NCBI GenBank assembly: GCA_015064625.1
Contig: SVRW01000001.1
Coordinates: 132,884-196,883 of the forward strand
Direction of reading: 5' to 3'
Length of the DNA: 64,000 nucleotides
Origin: Oscillospiraceae bacterium
GTDB lineage: Bacteria > Bacillota > Clostridia > Oscillospirales > CAG-382
In this document: piece after piece, positions 1-8,561 of the stretch
Layout: each line of letters begins with the position of its first letter
How positions within the stretch are numbered: the stretch's first letter is position 1
Translations under genes and position numbers: made by a program
Notes under the pieces: model-generated
Databases searched by the model: none
The model's input: only the letters and a program-made list of their open reading frames with translations
What the model was told of the DNA's origin: nothing

Positions 1-971
1 TTTCCAGAGGTCAGAACTTCGTTGACATTTTTGTTACTCTTCAATGTAAAGGAAATCATTCCGCCAAATCCTGACGCTTGTTTTTTAGATACTTCGTAGG
101 ATTTATGTTCAGGCAATCCAACGTAGAACACCTTATCAACTTTGGGATGATTCTTTAAAAAATCGGCACATTTTAATGCATTTTCCTGATGACGTTCCAT
201 ACGAAGAGCAAGGGTTTTTATCCCACGGGTGACAAGCCAGCTATCCATTGGAGAAAGGGCAGCACCCTGTGTTTTTGTTATATATTCGAAATGTTCTTCC
301 AAGTCTGAAGAATTTACAACTACAAATCCACAAATAGTATCGTGATGTCCCGCTAAAAACTTAGTTCCACTATGAACAACGATATCAGCTCCAAGCTCAA
401 TAGGACGCTGGAAATAAGGAGAAAGGAACGTATTATCAATAACAAGCAGAGCTTTATGTGCTTTAGCTATTTCAGAAAGCTTTGAAATATCCGCAACAGT
501 CATCATCGGATTGGTAGGTGTTTCGGCAAAAATCATTTTTGTTTCGGGCAACATTGCAGCTTCAACCGCGTCATTGTCATCAATAGGAACGAATGTATGC
601 TTCACACCGTATTTAATAAAAAATTCAGCAATCTGACGGTACGTTCCACCATAAATATCGTTAGATAAAACTACGTGATCCCCTGATTTAAGCATAGAGA
701 AGCAAGCAAGAACAGCAGCAAGGCCGCTTGTAAACGGAAAACCCGCAACACCGTTTTCAAGCATTGCAATAAGATTTCCAAGTTGATCTCTCGTTGGGTT
801 GTTACATCTGCTGTAGGAATATTTAATACCCGAATTTATTCCTGTGTTCTGAAAAGTAGAAGTTTGATATATAGGAGTGCTCACAGCACCCGTCAAAGGA
901 TCAACTCCGTCATAACCTCTAACAACTTTAGTATCTATACTCAAACCTTCTCTTTTGGATTTATCAATCAT
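1..971 (-). CDS. Cys/Met-metabolism PLP-dependent enzyme (cystathionine beta-lyase / gamma-synthase family); C-terminal end runs off the window
   Basis: This ORF is not in the ORF track because it is open at the window edge. My own minus-strand translation from ATG at 969-971 gives MIDKSKREGLSIDTKVVRGYDGVDPLTGAVSTPIYQTSTF...LSNDIYGGTYR...VIDNTFLSPYFQRPIELGADIVVHSGTKFLAGHHD... The SGTK PLP-lysine motif and the DNTF motif are typical of the MetB/MetC/MetY family. Confidence 0.8.
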   Translation of the reverse strand, partial: MIDKSKREGLSIDTKVVRGYDGVDPLTGAVSTPIYQTSTFQNTGINSGIKYSYSRCNNPTRDQLGNLIAMLENGVAGFPFTSGLAAVLACFSMLKSGDHVVLSNDIYGGTYRQIAEFFIKYGVKHTFVPIDDNDAVEAAMLPETKMIFAETPTNPMMTVADISKLSEIAKAHKALLVIDNTFLSPYFQRPIELGADIVVHSGTKFLAGHHDTICGFVVVNSSDLEEHFEYITKTQGAALSPMDSWLVTRGIKTLALRMERHQENALKCADFLKNHPKVDKVFYVGLPEHKSYEVSKKQASGFGGMISFTLKSNKNVNEVLTSG

Positions 972-1062
972 TACAAAGACCCATTTGCTGAATCGCAAAC
1001 CCTTTCAACATTTATTTTTATTATTATATGCTAATATTTTTTAAAATGACGCATCTGACAGT

Positions 1063-1758
1063 TTATTCTATCAAAACGGGTTCAAATCCTAAAAAATCAG
1101 AAGAAATCAGATTCAATTTAGTTTCTCCATATTTATGAATAAGATATCTTTTATCCGCTGAATGAATATGACCGTAGAAACATCTGTTTATCTTCTCTCT
1201 TACTAACGCTTTACAAATTGGGACAGAAACATCTCCACGATACGCGGGAGGATAATGCAAAAAAACTATTATTTCTTCGTCGTTTTCCTTTAACTTTTTT
1301 CCGCATTCAATCGACATTTCAAGTCTGCCTGCTTCTCTCAAAATAATTTTTTCATCGTCTGCGGATGGATTATTTTCAACTATCCAACCTCTTGTTCCAC
1401 ATATGATCTTATTTTCTACCCTATATGCATTATTGTATAATATAGATATGGAATCAAATCTGTTTTCAACTAAAAAAATATCCAATTTCTTTTTAGTTTG
1501 CCACCAATAATCGTGATTTCCTTTGCCAATTATCTTTCTACCCGGAAGAGAATGTACAAACTCAAAATCAGGTTTTGCTTCTTCCAAGGTCATCCCCCAT
1601 GATAAATCACCCGGAAGAATAACGGTATCGTTATCAGTTATCAGCTTTTTCCAATTTTCTTCAATTCGTTCGTGATGCCTTTCCCAATTATTTCCAAAAA
1701 TATCCATAGGCTTTGAAACAGAAAAAGAAAGATGCAAGTCTGAAATGGCGTATATCAC
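1063..1758 (-). CDS. metallophosphoesterase (calcineurin-like family)
   Basis: ORF 1063..1815 carries the motifs IYAISDLHL, PGDLSWG, GKGNHDYW, FLHYPP and YGHIH. I prefer the GTG start at 1758 because GGAGAAAGAACG (an RBS) precedes it. The ATG at 1815 only adds a non-conserved leader. Confidence 0.75.
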   Translation of the reverse strand: MIYAISDLHLSFSVSKPMDIFGNNWERHHERIEENWKKLITDNDTVILPGDLSWGMTLEEAKPDFEFVHSLPGRKIIGKGNHDYWWQTKKKLDIFLVENRFDSISILYNNAYRVENKIICGTRGWIVENNPSADDEKIILREAGRLEMSIECGKKLKENDEEIIVFLHYPPAYRGDVSVPICKALVREKINRCFYGHIHSADKRYLIHKYGETKLNLISSDFLGFEPVLIE

Positions 1759-1873
1759 CGTTCTTTCTCCTTTCGTAAATAAATTTGAATATAATTTAAG
1801 AATAAAGAAAAGCAAAGAGCAAATACTATAAACGTACTGATGTACAAAATCAAAAAAAGGTTGGTATCAAACT

Positions 1874-2083
1874 ATGAACAATATCACTTTAAACGACGTA
1901 CCAAAGCATATAAAAGGAATTTCCTGCAGCGTTAAAGAATGCATCCATCACGATATGGAAAACTATTGTACTGCAAACAGCATAAGCGTAGGTCCAAGCA
2001 ATGCATCTTGCTGTTCCGAAACAGTTTGCGCAACGTTCAAAAAGAGATGTAAGGACAACTGCGCGCCTGATTGCAGAGGTTAA
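1874..2083 (+). CDS. small Cys-rich protein, DUF1540-like
   Basis: The 69-aa ORF has two repeats of the pattern C-x-V-x-x-C-x-H/...C-x-A-x-x-I-x-V, as in DUF1540 proteins of Firmicutes. GGT-rich RBS context is present (aaaaaggttggtatcaaactATG). Confidence 0.55.
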   Translation: MNNITLNDVPKHIKGISCSVKECIHHDMENYCTANSISVGPSNASCCSETVCATFKKRCKDNCAPDCRG

Positions 2084-3603
2084 TTCAATCCGCAATCTTT
2101 ATTCTTTGAGAATTCAAGAACTTTGTCGGGAATTTCTTCCTTTTCAATAACGGCATTAAAGCGTTTTTCGGCAGATTTAAGAGAATAAAGATTTTCTGGA
2201 ATATTTGTTCCGCTGATACTTTGAAGTCTTTCAAGGGCTTCAAAGTCGTCAGCAGGGATTTCATAGCCAAGTGCTTCAAGAACAGCACCAGAAAACTTAT
2301 AAGGAGAAGCGGTAGATACAACAATAGTCTTTTTCGTGTCTCCTGTTTCACTCATATATGTGTCCGTTGCATGCAAGGCTACAGCTGTATGTGGATCAAT
2401 CAGATATCCAAATTCATCAAAATAACGTTTTATTGTATTTTGAGTTTGCGCCTCATCCGCAAAAAATCCCTTAAAATCCTTACTTAACGTTTTTCTTACT
2501 TCATCGGGAACTGTGAAAATTCCGTTTTCAAAAAGCTCTTTCATCCATTTTTCACAATTTTCATTCCCTGCAACCATAGAAAGGAGTCTTTCAAGATTAC
2601 TGGAAATCAAAATGTCCATTGAAGGGGAAATTGTTGTATAGAATTCACGTCTTCTATCGTAAACTCCCGTTTCAAAGAAATCATATAAAATCTTATTTGA
2701 GTTCGAAGCACAAATAAGTTTAGCAAAAGGAATACCCATAAGTTTAGCTATATATGCCGCAAGGATGTTTCCAAAATTACCCGTAGGAACACAAACGTTA
2801 ACTTCTTCTCCATAAGTAATTTCTTTCTCTTTTAACAAATCGCAATATGAAGATACATAGTAGACAATCTGAGGAGCAAGTCTACCCCAATTTATTGAAT
2901 TTGCGCTGGAGAAAAACAAATTTTCTTCTGCAATTTTATTTCTTATTTCTTCATTTGAAAAAACTTGTTTAACAGCAGTTTGACAATGGTCAAAGTTACC
3001 TTTAACACCGCTTACACAAACATTTTTGCCTTTTTGAGTTACCATCTGCATTTTCTGAATATTGCTAACACCGTCAGATGGATAAAATACGGAGATTCTC
3101 ACTCTATCAACATCAGCATATCCTTCCAAAGCAGCCTTTCCAGTATCTCCTGAGGTCGCAACAAGGATCAAAGCTTCTTTATCTGTTCCTGACTTTTCTA
3201 TAGCCATACTTAAAAGTCTAGGCATAATCTGCAAAGCCATATCCTTAAATGCAGAGGTAGGTCCGTGCCAAAGCTCAAGCATATATTTGCCGCTTTCTCC
3301 CAACTTGGAAATAGGAGCAGCACCCCCTTTGAAACGTTCTTCGGAATATGAATCAGTTGCGGCAGTAAGCAATTCTTCATATGTGTAATCAGTTAAAAAC
3401 ATTGATAAAATCTTAGCAGCTCTTTCATGATAAGACATTTCAGAAAGAGCCAATACGTCAGCTTTTTCAAGCTTTGGTATTTCGTTCGGAATATAAAGTC
3501 CACCATCGGGGGCTATACCATTCATTATTACATACGAAGCCGTTCTCGGTTCGTTATTGCTTCTTGTACTGCTGTAAATCATTTTCTCCATATTGCCTTT
3601 CAA
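2080..3603 (-). CDS. thrC: threonine synthase
   Basis: The 507-aa ORF has the PLP-lysine context GPTSAFKDMALQ, the motif ATSGDTGKAA and overall long-form ThrC architecture. The true start may be the ATG at 3591 or 3582 (MEKMIYSS) rather than the TTG at 3603. Confidence 0.9.
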   Translation of the reverse strand: MKGNMEKMIYSSTRSNNEPRTASYVIMNGIAPDGGLYIPNEIPKLEKADVLALSEMSYHERAAKILSMFLTDYTYEELLTAATDSYSEERFKGGAAPISKLGESGKYMLELWHGPTSAFKDMALQIMPRLLSMAIEKSGTDKEALILVATSGDTGKAALEGYADVDRVRISVFYPSDGVSNIQKMQMVTQKGKNVCVSGVKGNFDHCQTAVKQVFSNEEIRNKIAEENLFFSSANSINWGRLAPQIVYYVSSYCDLLKEKEITYGEEVNVCVPTGNFGNILAAYIAKLMGIPFAKLICASNSNKILYDFFETGVYDRRREFYTTISPSMDILISSNLERLLSMVAGNENCEKWMKELFENGIFTVPDEVRKTLSKDFKGFFADEAQTQNTIKRYFDEFGYLIDPHTAVALHATDTYMSETGDTKKTIVVSTASPYKFSGAVLEALGYEIPADDFEALERLQSISGTNIPENLYSLKSAEKRFNAVIEKEEIPDKVLEFSKNKDCGLN

Positions 3604-3616
3604 AAATTTATTTGAT

Positions 3617-4024
3617 TTATCTGAAATAATCCATCAAATGAGAATATATTTCGTATTCTGTTTCTGATTTTGCAGATACCTCAATTACATCATATCTGAT
3701 ATTACGAAACTTCAAATATAGCGGAATTTTCCAAATGTAAAAAGGGACTTTATTATTCACACAATGAGATCTTATAAATTCTTTTGCTGTTCGCTTTATA
3801 CAGCGTTGTTTTAATAAGTCAACCGCTTCTCTTCCTGTTCCAAAGTCAGAGTTTTTTCTTGTTTTAACTTCGACGAACACAAGTGTGAAGTTACGGTAAA
3901 AAATCAAATCAATCTCACCGTTTTCCGCCCAATAATTTCTCGAAATAAAAAGATATCTTTTTTTACGCAAAAAAGCTTCCGCTATGCTTTCCCCTTGTTT
4001 GCCAACGACTTTATTATAAAACAT
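3617..4024 (-). CDS. YraN-family (UPF0102) putative endonuclease
   Basis: The ORF is 135 aa, with GEIDLIF...LVFVEVKTR, the PD-(D/E)xK-like core typical of YraN. It overlaps rnhB by 11 nt, which is the usual rnhB-yraN linkage. Confidence 0.75.
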   Translation of the reverse strand: MFYNKVVGKQGESIAEAFLRKKRYLFISRNYWAENGEIDLIFYRNFTLVFVEVKTRKNSDFGTGREAVDLLKQRCIKRTAKEFIRSHCVNNKVPFYIWKIPLYLKFRNIRYDVIEVSAKSETEYEIYSHLMDYFR

Positions 4025-4607
4025 TTTTCAAAAAACTTCTTCTATGCTCGGGACACGGACCAAAAGATTTAATCGCCTCATAATGCATTTTAGTGCCATA
4101 TCCCTTATGCTTATCAAAATGATACTGCGGATATTTTTCATGCATTTTCATGCAATACCTGTCTCGACTTACTTTCGCCAAAATAGATGCCGCCGCAATA
4201 GACGGAGATAGTGAATCTCCCTTTATGACAGTTTTGCATGGAATTTCAAATCCTCTTGCAATATTACCATCAATGAGCGCATAGTCCGCTTTTACACCGA
4301 GATTTTGAACCGCTCGTCGCATAGCAAGCTGAGATGCGTTCAGAATATTGAGTTCTTCAATTTCATCGACTGTTGAAAAAGCTATGGAATACGCAATGGC
4401 TTCAGAAATAATAACGTCAAAAAGCTGTTCTCTTTTCTTTGCGGTTATTTTTTTTGAATCGTTCAAGCCTTCGATTACCAATCCAATTGGCAAAATAACA
4501 GCTGCAGCATAGACAGGACCCGCAAGAGGTCCTCTTCCCGCTTCATCAACACCGCATATAAGCTGAAAGCCTTCGTCAACAACGGATTTTTCTATACTGT
4601 AATCCAT
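4014..4607 (-). CDS. rnhB: ribonuclease HII
   Basis: The ORF is 197 aa and carries the motifs GVDEAGRGPLAGPV, NDSKK and LIDG...KGDS. Confidence 0.9.
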   Translation of the reverse strand: MDYSIEKSVVDEGFQLICGVDEAGRGPLAGPVYAAAVILPIGLVIEGLNDSKKITAKKREQLFDVIISEAIAYSIAFSTVDEIEELNILNASQLAMRRAVQNLGVKADYALIDGNIARGFEIPCKTVIKGDSLSPSIAAASILAKVSRDRYCMKMHEKYPQYHFDKHKGYGTKMHYEAIKSFGPCPEHRRSFLKNVL

Positions 4608-4608
4608 A

Positions 4609-5460
4609 TCAATCCAAAGTAATATTTCCTATTTTACCTCCGCGAAATTCATCCAACAAACATACACATAGTCTGTCAGCATCTATCTCGCCGCCTGAAA
4701 TAAGAAATCCTCTCTTTCTCCCTATTTTGTCAAAGATATCAGCCGTACTGTCTTCTTCAGAAATAGTAATTTTATATCTTGAACACAAAAGCTCGGGATA
4801 TTTTTCCTTCAAATTTTCAATAAGCTTAAAAGAAAGATGATATATATCCAATATTTCATCTCTTACTGCGCCTGTCAACGCAAGACGAACTCCAACCTCA
4901 GGATCGTCAAATTTATGCCACAGAAGTCCAGGAGTATCCAAAAGATCAATTCCATATGGCGAAGAAACCCAATTAAGCTCTCTTGTAACACCAGGTCTAT
5001 CTTCCGCTTTCGCTTTAGAGGTTTTTGTAAAAGCGTTTATAAACGTTGATTTACCAACGTTTGTAATTCCAACAACAACTCCTCTGAGTCGTCTTCCAGT
5101 CATACCCTTGCTTTCAAAACGTTTAATTTTTTCATCGAGAACTTCTCTTATAGCTTTATTAACCAAATTAACGTTTTTTCCTGTTTTGCAATCAATGGAA
5201 ATAACGTGTCTTCCTTCTTTTTCAAGCTGATTTATTAAATAATTTGTTCTGCGATTATCACACAAGGAGCTTTTTGTCAGCAACGTTATTATAGGCTTGC
5301 TTCCACAAATGTCCCTTATATCAGGATTTCTGCTTGAAAGAGGAACTCTTGAATCCAAAAGCTCAATAACAAAGTCAACCAAAGGTAATTTTTCCTTAAG
5401 CTTTCGTTTGGCTGCAGCCATATGACCCGGATACCAGACAATGGTCATGTTTTCGCTCAT
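4609..5460 (-). CDS. rbgA: ribosome biogenesis GTPase A (circularly permuted GTPase YlqF/RbgA)
   Basis: The ORF is 283 aa. Its permuted G-motif order is LLTKSSL (G4-like), then GITNVGKST (G1), then DTPG (G3). It sits in the canonical lepB-rbgA-rnhB neighbourhood. Confidence 0.85.
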   Translation of the reverse strand: MSENMTIVWYPGHMAAAKRKLKEKLPLVDFVIELLDSRVPLSSRNPDIRDICGSKPIITLLTKSSLCDNRRTNYLINQLEKEGRHVISIDCKTGKNVNLVNKAIREVLDEKIKRFESKGMTGRRLRGVVVGITNVGKSTFINAFTKTSKAKAEDRPGVTRELNWVSSPYGIDLLDTPGLLWHKFDDPEVGVRLALTGAVRDEILDIYHLSFKLIENLKEKYPELLCSRYKITISEEDSTADIFDKIGRKRGFLISGGEIDADRLCVCLLDEFRGGKIGNITLD

Positions 5461-6248
5461 TGAATCTTACCCATACTCTCAAAGGGATATACTCTGAGTA
5501 CGACCTTTCCTAAAATCTCATCTTCATCGAGCTGACCGATAGAACGGCTGTCCAAGGATCCGTTTCTATTGTCGCCCATCACGAAAACTTTTCCTTCTTC
5601 AACCGTAAAAACAGTGCAATTGTTTTCATCGATGTCTGACATATTTCCCTTACTCATAGGAACTTTTTTGTACGCTGGATTTGATTTCAGATAGGATTGA
5701 TCAATCAATTCATCATTAACCCAAACATCCCACGTATCAAAATTTATTTTAACAACGTCGCCACCAACACCGATAATACGTTTTACAAGAAGCTCATCTC
5801 TATCCTCATAGTTTATAACAATAACATCATTTGTCTCGGGAGTATAGAAAAGACTGTATATTACGAGTCTGTCTTCATGCTGTAAAGTGTTGAGCATGGA
5901 TGTGCCGTCTACAGTAACGAATTTTATAATGAACAAAAAAACAATAACCATCAAGGCAACAGCATATGCAAACACCTCAACAATGTCAAACAACGAAGCC
6001 AAAAGGCTTTTTTTAGGATTTGAATCTTTGGATGAACGCATGGGCTCGCCCGTTTCGAAGTTAATATCCTCATCAACCTCGTCTTCCAAGTCTTTTTCCA
6101 AATTTTCACCTGAAACAGATTCAGAGGATTTTTCAGAATAGATATTATCAGACACAGAATCAGAAGTGAAATTTTCTCTTTCATCTTCTGCAAAAAACTG
6201 TATGTCTATCTTATATGTTTTTCTGTAAATATAATCTATCATATTCAT
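5457..6248 (-). CDS. lepB: signal peptidase I with long acidic N-terminal extension
   Basis: The C-terminal ~170 aa carry the S26 motifs GTSMLNTL (Ser), LVKRIIGVGGD (Lys) and MGDNRNGSLDSR. One TM segment is present (LMVIVFLFIIKFV). The first ~85 aa are Asp/Glu/Ser-rich. Confidence 0.85.
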   Translation of the reverse strand: MNMIDYIYRKTYKIDIQFFAEDERENFTSDSVSDNIYSEKSSESVSGENLEKDLEDEVDEDINFETGEPMRSSKDSNPKKSLLASLFDIVEVFAYAVALMVIVFLFIIKFVTVDGTSMLNTLQHEDRLVIYSLFYTPETNDVIVINYEDRDELLVKRIIGVGGDVVKINFDTWDVWVNDELIDQSYLKSNPAYKKVPMSKGNMSDIDENNCTVFTVEEGKVFVMGDNRNGSLDSRSIGQLDEDEILGKVVLRVYPFESMGKIQ

Positions 6249-6324
6249 CTTATTTCTCTTTTTTTAAATTCAAACATTGAATCTCACGAAGGAACTCACT
6301 CAATAAAGAGTTCAATTAAACGGA

Positions 6325-6345
6325 TAAGGGCTGCCTGAAAGGCAA
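6325..6345 (-). terminator. candidate intrinsic terminator after rplS
   Basis: The hairpin is GGGCTGCC-TGAAA-GGCAACCC (one G.U/mismatch), about 50 nt downstream of the rplS stop. Only a modest T-run follows on the minus strand. Confidence 0.4.
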
Positions 6346-6394
6346 CCCTCCGTAGTCCAATAGTGCAATTTTAGACTTTTGCAAGAATGCAAAA

Positions 6395-6736
6395 TCAGAT
6401 CTTTTCCTTAACTTTTGCGCTCTTACCAACCATTCCACGAAGGTAATAAAGTTTAGCGCGACGAACCTTACCAGCTCTCACTACAACAACCTTCTCGATG
6501 TTGGGGGAATGGAGTGGGAAAATCTTTTCTGTACCAACGCCATAGGAAACACGACGTACGGTAAAGGTTTCAGAAATTCCACCGTTCTTCTTAGCGATAA
6601 CAACGCCTTCGAAAATCTGAATTCTTTCTTTTGCACCTTCTACAATGCGGTTGTAAACCTTAACAGTATCACCAACATTGAACTTAGGAGGCTCGGGTTT
6701 AAGCTGCTCGTTTGTAAAAGCTTTAAGCAAATCCAT
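6395..6736 (-). CDS. rplS: 50S ribosomal protein L19
   Basis: The 113-aa ORF reads ...[44 protein letters not shown].., a typical L19 sequence. Confidence 0.95.
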   Translation of the reverse strand: MDLLKAFTNEQLKPEPPKFNVGDTVKVYNRIVEGAKERIQIFEGVVIAKKNGGISETFTVRRVSYGVGTEKIFPLHSPNIEKVVVVRAGKVRRAKLYYLRGMVGKSAKVKEKI

Positions 6737-6807
6737 ATTGCTTATCTCCTTTCAATCTTCGGAATGTTCTTGTTGAGCTCCAGCGGACCATTCCATATTT
6801 TCAAGAT

Positions 6808-6836
6808 ATTGTACCATACATATATCAAAAAATCAA
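6808..6836 (-). promoter_or_regulatory. sigma-A type promoter of rplS
   Basis: On the minus strand this reads TTGATT (6836-6831), a 17-nt spacer, then TACAAT (6813-6808). It lies about 70 nt upstream of the rplS ATG. Confidence 0.6.
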
Positions 6837-6972
6837 TACTTTTCAATGAAAATTTTTTATTAAACTTATTTAATAAAAATATGTACAATAAATAACATTT
6901 TAACCTTGAAAAAACGTTTTAAAGAAGGTATAATATTATCATACTAATTTATTGATAAGGAAAAAGCAAACG

Positions 6973-7461
6973 ATGAAAACAAATCAAACGGCTGAATTAT
7001 TACTTGATACTTTAAGGAAGAAAAAATACACAATTACTTTTGCAGAATCATGTACAGGCGGGTTGATGTCATCCTCTTTTGTTGATGCTTCAGGGGCATC
7101 ATCTGCATTTGAATATGGATTTGTAACTTATTCTAAAGAAGCGAAAAATGAAACTCTCGGTGTTAGTTTTGAGACTATTGATAATTTCGGCATAGTAAGC
7201 AAGGAAGTAGCACTTGAAATGGCCAAAGGAGCTATAGCCAAAAGCAGAGCAGACGTTGCGATTTCTGTAACAGGATGTGCAGGTCCAGGGAAAGATGACG
7301 AAGGCAACGAAGCTGGAACTGTATGCTTTGGCTTCATAATAAAGGACATTATCTTGTCAGAAAAAACGCATATCAATGGAACAACCCGTAATGAAATCAG
7401 AGAAAATGCTGTAGAATATGCATTTCAACGAATTATATATTTTTTAAACAACACAGACTAA
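6973..7461 (+). CDS. pncC: nicotinamide-nucleotide amidohydrolase PncC / CinA C-terminal domain protein
   Basis: The motifs TFAESCTGGL, VTYSKEAK and VTGCAGPG are typical of the CinA_C domain. I prefer the ATG at 6973 (MKTNQ...) over the TTG at 6952. Confidence 0.8.
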   Translation: MKTNQTAELLLDTLRKKKYTITFAESCTGGLMSSSFVDASGASSAFEYGFVTYSKEAKNETLGVSFETIDNFGIVSKEVALEMAKGAIAKSRADVAISVTGCAGPGKDDEGNEAGTVCFGFIIKDIILSEKTHINGTTRNEIRENAVEYAFQRIIYFLNNTD

Positions 7462-7495
7462 AACCATATTCAAACAATGACTCCAAACACTTCGT

Positions 7496-8392
7496 TCAGC
7501 ACAAAGCTCCCTGAATAATACCTTCCCTCTCAAATGCTTCATTTATTCGGTTCAGAACGTTTTTTTTGTTTCCGCTCCACAATGGTGCGACAAGCTTTTT
7601 CTTGTCTCCATCCCCTGTTAATCTATGTATAACAACGTTTGGCGGAATGACTTTGATGCATTCGCCCAAAATTTCTATATATTCATCCATAGATAAAACG
7701 TCGAAAACGCCTTTTTTATATTCATCACATAACTTTGTATCCGACAAAACATGAAGTAAATGATATTTTATTCCGTCAGAACCCAATTCGCCAATGTAAC
7801 GTGAAGTTTGGACAATCATTTCTTTTGTTTCAAAGGGTAAACCTATTATCATATGTGTCACAACTGTTATTCCTGCATTTTTAAGTTTTTTCACAGCAAT
7901 CTCATATTCCTGCAACGAGTAACCGCGGTTTATATATTTTGCCGTTGATTCATGAATAGTCTGAAGCCCCAATTCAACCCATACGGGTTTTATTCTGTTC
8001 AACCTTTCCAAAAGCCTTATAACGTTGTCGGGAAGGCAATCTGGGCGCGTTCCTATAGAAAGTGCGACAACTTCAGGGTGAGAAATTGCTTTTCTGAAAA
8101 TGGCAGACAGCTTCTGAACGGAAGCATAGGTATTTGTTCCGCTTTGAAAGTATGCAATATATTTACCGCCTCTGTTTTTGTGTTCAACTCTCAATATGGA
8201 TTCATCAATTTGTTTCAATATCGAAGTTTTTTTGACAGTTGAAAAATCTCCAGAACCATTACAGAATATACATCCCCCATACCCTTTCGTTCCATCCCTG
8301 TTAGGACAAGACATATTGGCGGAAAGAGAAATTTTATAAACTTTACATCCAAATATTCTTTTCAATTCTTCATTAAGACTTCGATATCTCAT
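7496..8392 (-). CDS. radical SAM protein, TIGR01212/YtqA-like
   Basis: The Cys cluster is MSCPNRDGTKGYGGCIFC, the variant CxxxxxxxxxxxCxxC of the TIGR01212 family. The motifs AYFQSGTNTY and ELGLQT follow. I prefer the start at ATG 8392, which is preceded by AGAGGTG. Confidence 0.75.
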   Translation of the reverse strand: MRYRSLNEELKRIFGCKVYKISLSANMSCPNRDGTKGYGGCIFCNGSGDFSTVKKTSILKQIDESILRVEHKNRGGKYIAYFQSGTNTYASVQKLSAIFRKAISHPEVVALSIGTRPDCLPDNVIRLLERLNRIKPVWVELGLQTIHESTAKYINRGYSLQEYEIAVKKLKNAGITVVTHMIIGLPFETKEMIVQTSRYIGELGSDGIKYHLLHVLSDTKLCDEYKKGVFDVLSMDEYIEILGECIKVIPPNVVIHRLTGDGDKKKLVAPLWSGNKKNVLNRINEAFEREGIIQGALC

Positions 8393-8561
8393 TTCACTGC
8401 ACCTCTTTTTATGATTATACCATCTTGGAAAAATATTTTTCAATAAGTAAAAGTTAAATTTCCGTTTCACGCCTATAAATTGCTTGACTTTACGTTTTCA
8501 ATAGTGTATACTTTTTTTGATATTTAATTTTGGATTTTTCCGAAAGCGAAGGTTTATATAA

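Noticed and set aside
783-1034. Track ORF of 83 aa on the plus strand
   Set aside because: It lies antisense within the N-terminal part of the clearly conserved PLP-enzyme gene (1..971, minus strand). It is low-complexity with no RBS, so it is a shadow ORF.
972-1062. Possible SAM/T-box riboswitch upstream of the Cys/Met-metabolism gene
   Set aside because: Only about 90 nt are available, and no conserved riboswitch core or terminator/antiterminator pair is visible.
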